Source of the DNA: an uncultured archaeon | GTDB lineage: Archaea > Thermoplasmatota > Penumbrarchaeia > JASLWR01 | Direction of reading: 5' to 3' | Assembly (NCBI GenBank): GCA_964342815.1 | Contig: CAYFHS010000004.1 | Span: 17,238-81,237 of the forward strand | Length of the DNA stretch: 64,000 nt | Shown: positions 38,425 to 48,198 of the stretch, piece after piece | How the letters are laid out: the number at the start of each line of letters is the position of its first letter | How positions within the stretch are numbered: the stretch's first letter is position 1 | Notes under the pieces: model-generated | The model's database searches: none | Told to the model about the DNA's origin: nothing | What the model saw: only the letters and a program-made list of their open reading frames with translations | Program-made: the position numbers and the translations under genes

Positions 38425-38444
38425 GATATTTATCGTTAAATATC
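38425..38444. promoter_or_regulatory. Palindrome upstream of the 1699-aa gene
   Basis: GATATTTA-TCGT-TAAATATC perfect 8-bp inverted repeat about 60 bp upstream of the ATG. Confidence 0.4.
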
Positions 38445-38501
38445 GGGTTGCCCTGTAGGTTGTCAGTATTCCATCACGTATGATGCTAGCGGTGTAACGA
38501 C

Positions 38502-41500
38502 ATGAAACGATCTGTTCTTCAATCTCTCTTGACGCTATTTCTACTGCTCTCGGTCCCGGCCATGCAGTTCATCTGCAGCGTTTCTGAAGAAGAAGCCAGC
38601 GCGTTCTCTCGCCCCGGAAATGAGGGCAAACCGGCCGCCGAAACGTATACCGGGACCCGGGCTACCAGATATGTGGATGATTCCGGTGGACAAACGTACA
38701 CGACCATACAGTCGGCTGTGAACGCCGCAAGTCCGGGGGATACAATCTACGTCTATGCCGGCACCTACGCGGAGGATGTGGTTATCGGGAAGAGCGTCAT
38801 ACTCACCGGTCAGGATCGCGCCACCACCATCATCAGGGGCACAGGGGCAACGGATGCGGTTTACATATCAGCCAATGGTGTGCAGATGAGCGGATTCACC
38901 GTCACAGGTACGGGCACGGGAGATTCCGATGCGGCCATTAAGCTCGACGGCGTCACGAACTGCAGGATCGAGAACAACCTTTGCACTCCAAAGAATTTCC
39001 AGTACACCAGTGTCCCTTTCAGTGATAATTTCGATGACGGAAGCATTTCCCCGTGGACCCGGAGCAGTAACTACGCTTGGGTTAGCACCCAGACGTATAA
39101 TTCTTATCGTTACTCCATGTACCTGCACGGCGACTCCGTGACTACTACCTCACCTAACATCAACCTGCAAGGAGCCAGTTCTGCCACTCTGGAATGCTGG
39201 ATCAGACGGGGAGGCAGTTTCAGCGAGGATCCAGATAACGGGGAGGACCTACTTGTTCAATACTACGATAACGGACACGTGTACAAGACAATCAAGACAT
39301 TCGCTGGGAACGGGATAGAGGGGCAGATATATCGGGAGAATATCAATCTGCCCGCCGGTGCTCTCTGGAACTCTTTCAAGATACGTTTCTACCTAATTGC
39401 CGGGTCGGGAGATGGTTATGACTACTGGCATATCGACGATGTGAAAGTGACTAAGTACGTTAATATACACTCCGGGGTGAGATGGGGCATATGCCTCATT
39501 TCAAGCAACGGTAACGTCATCTCGGGAAACGACTGCACCGCCGCAGACGCGGGAGGCATCGTTCTAAACGGATCCCGCGGTAACGATGTGAAAAACAACA
39601 CGTGTCAGGATATGGGCAAGGGGATAAGTCTGCAAGGCTCTCACGGAAACCGACTGGAATACAACGATTGCGATAGAGATGATTCAGGAATGTATATATC
39701 CTCTTCCAATGGCAATCGGCTGGAAAATAACATCGTCAACAACAGTATCGTCGGTATCCAGATGGTCAATTCAATCGGTAACGATATAGATGGGAACGAC
39801 CTCGACCGAAACGATTATGGTATTCACGCGGTTAACCCGCAGGGAACGAACATCACCAACAATTCCTGCAGGAACTGCAGCAGCAAGGGGATAGAGATGA
39901 TAAGGGGCAGGGGGAACGTTCTTTGCGATAACAACGGTTCGGGGAGCCCCACGGGCATTGATATCAACAACAGTGAAGGGAATGTAATCTGCCGCAACAA
40001 TCTAACGGACAACCACTATGGCATCGATCTGTCTTCCTCCAACCGGAACGAAGTGCATAATAATACCATCACAGATCCCATCACCATAGGAATTCGGCTG
40101 GACCAGTGCAGCTTCAATAACATAACGTACAACCTGTGCCGAGGCGGTACAAAGGGGATCGAGGTGAACGGGGGCTCCGGCTGCCACCTCAAACGTAACA
40201 ACTGCACAGGCAGCGACCGCGGCATTGACGTCTTGACCTCCAACGGTACCCGGGTAATGCAAAATTACTGTTCAGGGAACAAGTACGGATTGAAGATAGA
40301 AGGAGGAGAATTAAATTTTGTTTCTGGGAATGAACTTGCAGGCAATCAATATGGAATGAACCTGAGCTACTCGGATAATTGCACCCTGGATCGTAATGAC
40401 TGCTCGAATAATGATATTGGCATTGCAGTCTTTGAGAGCAATGACAATCAGGTATGTAACAATATCGGGTCTAAGACGCGGGAAGTCATCAGCCTCAAAG
40501 GTTCGGACAATAATGATGTTCGGGGTAACAACTGTTCCGGAAGCGATTATGGAATGATCTTCGAAGAATCACACAATAACGAGATAATAAACAATACCTG
40601 CCACAATAACGGTATATATGGTCTCGGAATGGGATTTTCCTACAATAACACCATATCCGGCAACAGTTTCATTGACAATTCGGAAGATGGAATGAACATG
40701 CGATATTCAAACAACTTCACTATCACCGATAACACGTTCAGAGGTAATTTGGATGATGGACTCGACATTCAACATTCGGACAATAACACAATTTTCCATA
40801 ATGCAATTAATGTAATGGGAGCCAACGGGATCAAACTTCTATTTTCGGACAACAACCTAATCTCACGTAACACCTGTGTAAACAATTCCAACAGTGGGAT
40901 CAATATCAGCCATTCAAATTTGAACGAAATTACCGAAAACTTCTGCAATGAGAACAACCATTCTGGTATCGACCTTTACAGGGGTATCGGCATGGTCCTG
41001 GCGAACAATACCTGCCAATTAAACAAAGGATCGGGTTTTACCGGTATATACCTGGATCGCACAATCTTCTTTAATAATACACTTAATAACAACTCTGCCT
41101 GCGGCTTGGCCCTGATCGGTTCGGGAAATTGCGAGATCATCCAGAACATCCTTTACGGCAACGAGCTATCGGGTATCGATATTCGCGATAATTCCAGTTA
41201 TAACAAAATTCTATATAACTCCATCGCGTTCAATGGATTTTTCGGGATATCAGTAGGCTCCGGTAACAAGAAAAATAAAAATGAGATGAGGATGAATTCC
41301 ACCTCCAACAATACGCTGCATCATAATGATCTCATTGAGAACAATCATGGCGGCGTACAGGCCCGGGATGAGGGAGCCGATAATTCCTGGGATGACGGTG
41401 AGAGAAATGGAAATTTCTGGTATGATTTCCAAAACCGCTACCCGTCCGCATCAAATGACGGAAGTGTATGGAATATATCATACAAAATCAATGACCGTTT

Positions 41501-43601
41501 AAATGTATCGGACAGATTTCCATTGGTCTATGCAGGCCCCCGATCCGACGTGGTCCTGCCTGAATTATTGGTGGACAACACTTCTATAACAGCAAGCACC
41601 GGAGACCCCTTCATATTTTCGGCGGTATTCGATGACAATCTTGGCATCGTCCTGGCTAAAGTTTTCTACTCTTATGATGGATTTAACTACTTCGATGTTG
41701 TGATGAATCATATTGGCGAAGGGAGGAGGGAAAGCAGTATTGTCGTTCGCTCGAACGTAACTAAATTTTGTTACAAATTATATTGCAGGGACATCAGCAG
41801 GAATTCGATAAGCACGCCCGTTCAAAATGTATCCGTACTTGATAACGATGCCCCGGAATTGGAGGAAGACCTGACGAATACTAAAGCAAGTACGGGAGAT
41901 CCCCTGACAATAGTTATGAAGGCAAGGGATAACATTGGGATCAACGAAAGCAACGTATTCGTGCGGTATTCCTTCGATGATATTCATTACCATACCGAAA
42001 GAATGCCTCTGGTCGAAGGAAGTTTCAACAAGACGGTCAATGTATCTTCCGATGCGCTCTTCATTAAGTATTCTTTCAACTTCACGGATACTTCCGGAAA
42101 TTGGCTCAACATCAGCCGTCCAAGAATATACGTGTATGACAATGATCCCCCCACCTTCATCGGTGAAATGATTACCGAAAAAAATATGACAACGGGGGAT
42201 ACTTTTAACTTTTCCGTCAGTGTCTCTGATAATATGAAGGTATATTCTGTATATATCAGGCATTCCTTTTTTTATGGAGGTGATATTAATGAATCAATGG
42301 TTCCCTCGAATGAAAATATCTGGTACACCGTCGTCTCGATCCCACCCAACGCCACATCGGTGAATTATTCTTTTTTCATTATGGACCACTCGCTAAACAG
42401 CATGAATACGGAGATGTTTTCCCGTCATGTAACCGACAATGATCCTCCTCTCGCAAATGCCGGAGAAGACATTCGTATTCGCCAATATGAGAAAACAATG
42501 TTCAATGCCAGCAAGAGCAATGACAACATAGGTATTACGGAATATTACTGGTCATTTGAATACAACGGCACTCCTGTTGAATTATACGGGATGAACCCCC
42601 GTTTCACCTTTGAACATGCTGGAAATTACTCCATCACTCTTCACGCGACCGATGCAGCGAACAACACGGGTATGGATGTAGTAAACCTTACTGTGAACCC
42701 CTCTGGGGAAGACGATGACGATACTGTCGGTGACGACGATGATACCGTCGGTGATGACGACGATACTGTCGGAGACGATGATATGGCCGATGATGACTCC
42801 GGGCCGGAGAATGGCGGAGAGAAGGGCAGGGAAAATAAATTCGTCATTGGCTCAACGTTCCTTCTTATCATCATTGGTGTTCTGATTCTAGTGATTATAA
42901 TCATTGTAATATTATTCGCTTTCATTAATCGTAAAAGGAAGAATGCGGTGGAAAAGCGTGACCCTGTGGAAAAAAGCACACCCGAGCCGATGACTGCAAA
43001 ACCCATGGCGGATGAGAACGAGAATACATGTGGTGACTGTGGGTCAGGGCTTCGATTTGTGGATCAATACCAGAAATGGTGGTGCGACAGCTGCGAAAAA
43101 TACGAAGGAGAACCCCCGGAAGCGGGATATGCAGAAAAAGCATCGGAATTTGGCCCCATGAGATATTCTGGTGGTCGTTATACGAGGAAGCCCGCCGAAA
43201 ATTCCTCGAGAGATGCCGGGCCAAAAGATCCTGCGGCAGAAGTATCCCGGGGATATTCTTACCCTCCGCCTCCGGAACAACTGTATTTCCCTCCGCCTCA
43301 GAATGAGACAATTAGAGCGGAAAACTACTCTCTTGGAATTATCAATGATACGCCGACTGCACCCCCGCTGCAGCTTTACTTGCCGGAAGGACCCGGTGAA
43401 GTAATGAACGACGAACCTGATGCAACAGCATCCATTGAAGAGATGCCGCCCCCGGAACAAGTTCCCTCACCACCTCCCGCCAGCGGTGTGCAGGCTGTCC
43501 CCTCAGAGCCCGCATTTCCGATACCGGCTTCACCGGGAGTAATTCAGACAAAGCCCCTGCCTACGGGTATGATGCTGGATGCTATTCTGGGCAACAAATA
43601 G
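38502..43601 (+). CDS. Very large surface protein: NosD/CASH beta-helix, inserted jelly-roll domain, Ig-like/PKD domains, TM, Zn ribbon and Pro-rich tail
   Basis: Signal peptide; TIQSAVNAASPGD; dozens of GIxLxxSxNNxIxxN repeats; GNFW..F..RYP; PKD; TM; CGDCGSGLRFVDQYQKWWCDSC. Confidence 0.85.
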   Translation: MKRSVLQSLLTLFLLLSVPAMQFICSVSEEEASAFSRPGNEGKPAAETYTGTRATRYVDDSGGQTYTTIQSAVNAASPGDTIYVYAGTYAEDVVIGKSVILTGQDRATTIIRGTGATDAVYISANGVQMSGFTVTGTGTGDSDAAIKLDGVTNCRIENNLCTPKNFQYTSVPFSDNFDDGSISPWTRSSNYAWVSTQTYNSYRYSMYLHGDSVTTTSPNINLQGASSATLECWIRRGGSFSEDPDNGEDLLVQYYDNGHVYKTIKTFAGNGIEGQIYRENINLPAGALWNSFKIRFYLIAGSGDGYDYWHIDDVKVTKYVNIHSGVRWGICLISSNGNVISGNDCTAADAGGIVLNGSRGNDVKNNTCQDMGKGISLQGSHGNRLEYNDCDRDDSGMYISSSNGNRLENNIVNNSIVGIQMVNSIGNDIDGNDLDRNDYGIHAVNPQGTNITNNSCRNCSSKGIEMIRGRGNVLCDNNGSGSPTGIDINNSEGNVICRNNLTDNHYGIDLSSSNRNEVHNNTITDPITIGIRLDQCSFNNITYNLCRGGTKGIEVNGGSGCHLKRNNCTGSDRGIDVLTSNGTRVMQNYCSGNKYGLKIEGGELNFVSGNELAGNQYGMNLSYSDNCTLDRNDCSNNDIGIAVFESNDNQVCNNIGSKTREVISLKGSDNNDVRGNNCSGSDYGMIFEESHNNEIINNTCHNNGIYGLGMGFSYNNTISGNSFIDNSEDGMNMRYSNNFTITDNTFRGNLDDGLDIQHSDNNTIFHNAINVMGANGIKLLFSDNNLISRNTCVNNSNSGINISHSNLNEITENFCNENNHSGIDLYRGIGMVLANNTCQLNKGSGFTGIYLDRTIFFNNTLNNNSACGLALIGSGNCEIIQNILYGNELSGIDIRDNSSYNKILYNSIAFNGFFGISVGSGNKKNKNEMRMNSTSNNTLHHNDLIENNHGGVQARDEGADNSWDDGERNGNFWYDFQNRYPSASNDGSVWNISYKINDRLNVSDRFPLVYAGPRSDVVLPELLVDNTSITASTGDPFIFSAVFDDNLGIVLAKVFYSYDGFNYFDVVMNHIGEGRRESSIVVRSNVTKFCYKLYCRDISRNSISTPVQNVSVLDNDAPELEEDLTNTKASTGDPLTIVMKARDNIGINESNVFVRYSFDDIHYHTERMPLVEGSFNKTVNVSSDALFIKYSFNFTDTSGNWLNISRPRIYVYDNDPPTFIGEMITEKNMTTGDTFNFSVSVSDNMKVYSVYIRHSFFYGGDINESMVPSNENIWYTVVSIPPNATSVNYSFFIMDHSLNSMNTEMFSRHVTDNDPPLANAGEDIRIRQYEKTMFNASKSNDNIGITEYYWSFEYNGTPVELYGMNPRFTFEHAGNYSITLHATDAANNTGMDVVNLTVNPSGEDDDDTVGDDDDTVGDDDDTVGDDDMADDDSGPENGGEKGRENKFVIGSTFLLIIIGVLILVIIIIVILFAFINRKRKNAVEKRDPVEKSTPEPMTAKPMADENENTCGDCGSGLRFVDQYQKWWCDSCEKYEGEPPEAGYAEKASEFGPMRYSGGRYTRKPAENSSRDAGPKDPAAEVSRGYSYPPPPEQLYFPPPQNETIRAENYSLGIINDTPTAPPLQLYLPEGPGEVMNDEPDATASIEEMPPPEQVPSPPPASGVQAVPSEPAFPIPASPGVIQTKPLPTGMMLDAILGNK
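42711..42782 (+). repeat. 21-bp tandem repeat x3 encoding DDDDTVG
   Basis: Units at 42711, 42732 and 42753 with synonymous variation; acidic linker before the TM helix. Confidence 0.9.
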
Positions 43602-43644
43602 TAAGGAAAATGGCCCGATGCCCATGAAAGGAGAGACGATTGTC

Positions 43645-44124
43645 ATGACGCCGGAAAGGAATTTATCAGACCGTTTCACGCATTCGGGGGTAAATGCTGA
43701 AGATGTGAGAAACGTCATGGAACTCTACAAAACCTCCATCGTACCGCTGTGGGATGAGACCGGGCGAGCCTATGACCTTGACCGCGTGGAGAAAAACATA
43801 GTAGAGAACCTTGAAAATCCGCTTTATTTCTTGCGATTATTTCACGATCGGGAACAAAAGAATACCATTGGATATCTGGCATGGGAAAAGCATCTTGATC
43901 ATACGTCGAATCATATCGTTGCACATCTTCGCATGATACTGGTCCATCCGGATTACCGGCGTCAAGGGATCGCAAGCTATCTTATGGAAATTTTCGAAGA
44001 TACGGCTGGACAGAACGGCTGTACGAAGATACTTTTCGACGTACTTTACGGCTCACCTGCAAATCATTTCTACCAAAAGCTTGGTTATCGTCACTGGAGC
44101 AACTACATGGAGAAGTATCTTTGA
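43645..44124 (+). CDS. GNAT-family acetyltransferase
   Basis: LVHPDYRRQGIASYLM motif A, NHFYQKLGY. GGAGAG RBS. Confidence 0.88.
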   Translation: MTPERNLSDRFTHSGVNAEDVRNVMELYKTSIVPLWDETGRAYDLDRVEKNIVENLENPLYFLRLFHDREQKNTIGYLAWEKHLDHTSNHIVAHLRMILVHPDYRRQGIASYLMEIFEDTAGQNGCTKILFDVLYGSPANHFYQKLGYRHWSNYMEKYL

Positions 44125-44185
44125 ATTTATGATACGCGATAATTCTTGCAGTTTTCTCGATCTATCCGGGAGAACCGAAAAAAAC

Positions 44186-47100
44186 TCATTCAGCTCTATC
44201 TCCATCCCGTTCATCGTAATATTCCTCTTCCTCGAATCCATCCTCATAAGCCCCTTCGCCGTCTTCCTCATCGCCCATGAAAGAGACCTCTCCGTCATCG
44301 TCATATGCAGGCAGATCCCCTACCTTATTTTCCCGCTCCCTCGCCCTATCCTCCTCGATCCCGAATTGTCTTGACTTCCACACCTTTTCGAGGGCCTCCT
44401 CCATTTTCTTCTTTTTCTTCCTCGCCATGATAATTACTGCGAGTACGACGATGAGACCGATCAGCATCAGCCCCCCCAGACCGTAAAGAACATATTGAAT
44501 TGTGGAGGATTCGTCGGTTGTTTCTTCCGTTGGATCCTTGGGGTCCAAAACCGTTACAGTATAGGTCTGTGTAGCATCGCTCTTTCCATCATCGAGGGTC
44601 ACCTGGAACTTGAAGTCCTTTCGTTCCGTACCCCCCATTAGCGCTTTCATCACTTTGAAAGTCACCATCCCCTCATCATCAATGGACACGTAGTCTTCAG
44701 TGATCGAGAAAGTAAGTTCGTCATCCCAGGCAGGGTCAACTTCATAGCTGACCTTGAATTTGTATATCTCGTTCACCCTTGCAGTGTGCTTCGTTTCGCC
44801 GGTTAACTGCGGTGGAAAATATTTCTTTTCCACTGTTATCGTAAAACTAATATTGGTGCTCTGGCCCCAGGGATCTGTGGCGGTGATGATAACGGTATGG
44901 GTGCCTATATCGGATACGATGGGTATATATTCGATGGTTCCTGCCGAACTGTGAATGTCGAACAGATCCGTATCATCCGAATAGCTCACCCCGGAGATAT
45001 TGTTGGTCAACGTAACAACCAGATCGAGCTGTTCGCCGATCTCCACCACCTGGGCCGGTATGAGCGCCATCATTGGCGGTTCGGTGGCCCTTGGACGGCT
45101 CACGTTCATAATCTGCCTTGTTTCCCCGCGGCCGTCCTTCACCGTAATTGTTAGTTTTAGGGTTCCCTCGAACTCATCCTCGAAACTGAGTTTTATCTCC
45201 CACGGGGCAAAGAAATCCACCGTTACATCGTCCGCATCCTCATGATCCACCTTCACCACCAGTTCATCCTTCTTGGTATCCGGATCGGAGATATTTTCCT
45301 CGAGGTCGATTGTATGCTCTTTCACATGTGCTCCAAGCGCGATATCCTCCAATTGAACTGTCGGTGGTTGGTTGCCAAACATCTCGAAGGAGACGAAATT
45401 ATTCGTCTCGTTGGTCTCCGGGATGATGTTGTACGGGTCGGCTGCGATAATATACTGGCCCCATCCGGGTTTTGGAGTGATAAGGATGTTCAGATTTGTC
45501 TCGTCGCCCTGTTCCATATAACCCACATCGTAGTACGCCCCTACCTTGTTTTCCGCCAATACTGATTCCCAGTAAACGTTGAACGTTATATCGTCAGCCC
45601 GAAGCGCACCGTCGTTGTGGGCGAATATGGATATCTTGGTACTGGCAGTGGTGGACACGTTATAGCCCAGAGAGGATTGAACTGTGACTGCCTCAAGCCA
45701 CAGGTCGGCTGCGATCACAGAAACCGGCTTCACTGCAATGTTGTTCTCCTCATCGGCCTCCGGCACCACGTTTTCGGGATCGGCAACTACAACTATCTTG
45801 TCCACCCCCTCCTTCGCCACCCAGTTCCCGGACACTTCCTTGCTGCTTCCGATATCAATTGTACCGGCGATCACAAGATTTCCAATAATATTCCCGGCTT
45901 CGAAAGACCCCTCGTAGAATCCCACCTTGACTGAGTTCGCTGCAATTTCGCCGGTATTATGGACCGTGGCTGTGATCGTTACATCCGTACCCACACCGGG
46001 CGTGGGATCTGACAGGGATATACTGCCCGCCACCCACAGATCAGCGGGACTCGTGGTAACGCTTGCCGTTGCGGTCCGGGGTTTGAGGCCGTTTGCATGG
46101 AACGTAACCGAAGGGCTGCTGCCAAGGTTCATCTGGTAGGGAACCGATACCCGTCCCTGGGCATCGGCGGTGGCCGAGGAGTATTTGCCGCCGAGCTCGA
46201 TGGTGACCCTTGCACCCGGCACCGCTTGCGAATTCGTATCTTCCACCGTCATATTCAACCAATGGCTTCCTTCGAAAAGCGTTATTGGGTTGTTCTTGAA
46301 GTTCCGGGGAAACGAGGTCCATATGTCCAGAGCCGGATCCCCGAGGAAATTGTAGCCGTAGAGGTTGCATTTGGCGCCATGGGCCGCGGGCGTTGGCGCA
46401 GGGGTCATAAGACTCGGAATGATCTCGCTCCCATACTGGTCCATGGTCTCGTAAAAGGCATCGGCGGGTCGTCCGTCCATCTGGAAAAAATGATTCCAGA
46501 ACCTGTCTGTGATCCACCAGTTGCCCCTGGAAACGTTGTTGGGGAACTCGCCGCGCCAGGACCTGCCCGAGTTACCGATCTGGCCTATGACTCCCCCTGT
46601 AGGTTTCGTATTCCACCGCTCGAGGTTTGTATCGTCCGCCTCGGAAAAGTTCAGGGTATCGCAGGTCGTCGAGAAAACAAAGGGCATTTTTCCGTTGTTG
46701 TTCGCAGCGTCCGCATCATCGTAATTGTAAGCTATGGCCCATGTGTTGCTGATGCCGTCCACCCCGTTATAGCTGGCCAGGGCATTGTCCCACGGGGCGG
46801 CGCTCTCATCGTAAAAGGCCTGTCCGCCGAACGACATGATCCCGGCACCGGCGTCGAACTGCTGTTTTGCATTAGGCCTGGTGAAGTTATCATCTGAGTA
46901 TTGATAATTGCCCCCTTCCGTCTCGGTATAGTCCGCGAGATAAACTCGGTCAATTCTCGGAGGCAGCCGGTAGTCCAGGTACTTGTGTATCTCGAATGCG
47001 TTGTCCTTGTAGGATTGATAGGTATCGCCGTTGGGGGGCACCATGACCGAGGTCCACACCATTAACCTCTCTATCCAATCACCGGGTGGCGGGTTTTCGC

Positions 47101-47755
47101 GGTAATCGATGATCTTGTCAACCATACCGGCAACCTCTCCGCTGTTGTCGATTGGTATCCGTCCGACGAACACGTCGGAGGTCCAGTCCTCTTCTCCCCA
47201 TTCCCCGTATGTCCCGTTCCCGTTGGAATCCCAGCTTCCTCCCAGGGCGGAATAGTAGCGGTCGGAAATATAGGAATAATCCAGGTCCCACGTGTGTGCT
47301 CCGGCATACATGTATCTCCCGGGGATCAATTCGTGGTCGCCCACCAGGAGAACGTACTTCAGGGAAGAGCTGGTGTCGTTGAGATCTACGAGAAAATTGC
47401 GTATCTGTTCGGCGAAATCGTCACCGGGAAAACCCAGGATTGGCGTTAAGGAATAAACCTTGGTCCGTATCCCCAATTTGCTGTGCCAGGCAGCCAGCCG
47501 CCCCAGGTCCGCGGTGAAGGTCTGCGGTGCGAGGATGGCGTATTCCACGTTGGAGTCCGTAATACTAACAAGAGGCGTATTTCTGGTTTCCGCAGGATCC
47601 TGGTCTCCCGCAGCGACGGAGGATTCTCCCGCTGCACTCCCGTGGAGCCGTTTGACCGGTCCGATTATGAAAGTAGCTTGTGCGAATAAAAGAAGAATGA
47701 TTGAAAGTGTTACAAATAACTGGACTGACTTGATTTTAAAAGCTCCATTTCGCAT
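44186..47755 (-). CDS. Peptidase C25 (gingipain-like) domain plus CARDB/Ig domains and C-terminal TM
   Basis: YVLLVGD, SDRYY..L...WD, DVFVGRIP, FSTTCD, YNFLGDPAL, DLWV..VVADPENVVPEADEENN (CARDB x2). Confidence 0.85.
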   Translation of the reverse strand: MRNGAFKIKSVQLFVTLSIILLLFAQATFIIGPVKRLHGSAAGESSVAAGDQDPAETRNTPLVSITDSNVEYAILAPQTFTADLGRLAAWHSKLGIRTKVYSLTPILGFPGDDFAEQIRNFLVDLNDTSSSLKYVLLVGDHELIPGRYMYAGAHTWDLDYSYISDRYYSALGGSWDSNGNGTYGEWGEEDWTSDVFVGRIPIDNSGEVAGMVDKIIDYRENPPPGDWIERLMVWTSVMVPPNGDTYQSYKDNAFEIHKYLDYRLPPRIDRVYLADYTETEGGNYQYSDDNFTRPNAKQQFDAGAGIMSFGGQAFYDESAAPWDNALASYNGVDGISNTWAIAYNYDDADAANNNGKMPFVFSTTCDTLNFSEADDTNLERWNTKPTGGVIGQIGNSGRSWRGEFPNNVSRGNWWITDRFWNHFFQMDGRPADAFYETMDQYGSEIIPSLMTPAPTPAAHGAKCNLYGYNFLGDPALDIWTSFPRNFKNNPITLFEGSHWLNMTVEDTNSQAVPGARVTIELGGKYSSATADAQGRVSVPYQMNLGSSPSVTFHANGLKPRTATASVTTSPADLWVAGSISLSDPTPGVGTDVTITATVHNTGEIAANSVKVGFYEGSFEAGNIIGNLVIAGTIDIGSSKEVSGNWVAKEGVDKIVVVADPENVVPEADEENNIAVKPVSVIAADLWLEAVTVQSSLGYNVSTTASTKISIFAHNDGALRADDITFNVYWESVLAENKVGAYYDVGYMEQGDETNLNILITPKPGWGQYIIAADPYNIIPETNETNNFVSFEMFGNQPPTVQLEDIALGAHVKEHTIDLEENISDPDTKKDELVVKVDHEDADDVTVDFFAPWEIKLSFEDEFEGTLKLTITVKDGRGETRQIMNVSRPRATEPPMMALIPAQVVEIGEQLDLVVTLTNNISGVSYSDDTDLFDIHSSAGTIEYIPIVSDIGTHTVIITATDPWGQSTNISFTITVEKKYFPPQLTGETKHTARVNEIYKFKVSYEVDPAWDDELTFSITEDYVSIDDEGMVTFKVMKALMGGTERKDFKFQVTLDDGKSDATQTYTVTVLDPKDPTEETTDESSTIQYVLYGLGGLMLIGLIVVLAVIIMARKKKKKMEEALEKVWKSRQFGIEEDRARERENKVGDLPAYDDDGEVSFMGDEEDGEGAYEDGFEEEEYYDERDGDRAE

Positions 47756-47908
47756 AATTATTCCCACCTTTCCGCAGTTGTAAATAGGGCGATGATGATA
47801 TTTAATCCTAATCTCATTATTTCTTATCATTGATATTGGGGATTAACGTGTGTTATCCAGATTGATCACATTCACTTTGATTTATGATCACCTTTTCTTT
47901 CTAAAAGA

Positions 47909-47938
47909 GGACCTGCGAGCTCCAGCAAACGCAGGTCC
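47909..47938. terminator. GC-rich hairpin in a divergent intergenic region
   Basis: GGACCTGCG-N12-CGCAGGTCC perfect 9-bp stem; role unknown. Confidence 0.3.
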
Positions 47939-48198
47939 GCCAGAAAAAATAGTTCGGTAAAATTGTTAAATTCTATGACTTCGAGCAGGTGAGCGGGGGT
48001 GAGGCGCGAGCCGGCGCAGAAGTCAGGGTGGGGGCTTGGGATGGCGATTCAACAACTTTCAAAATTGTTCATATCTGGAAGTCCGATCCTTTTGGATCGC
48101 TGTGCATCCAATCAGTAAACAATCTACACTTTTAGATCACACCAAATCTTTATATGCTCAAATCATGATAATCATGATATATGAGAAGGTGACTTTTC

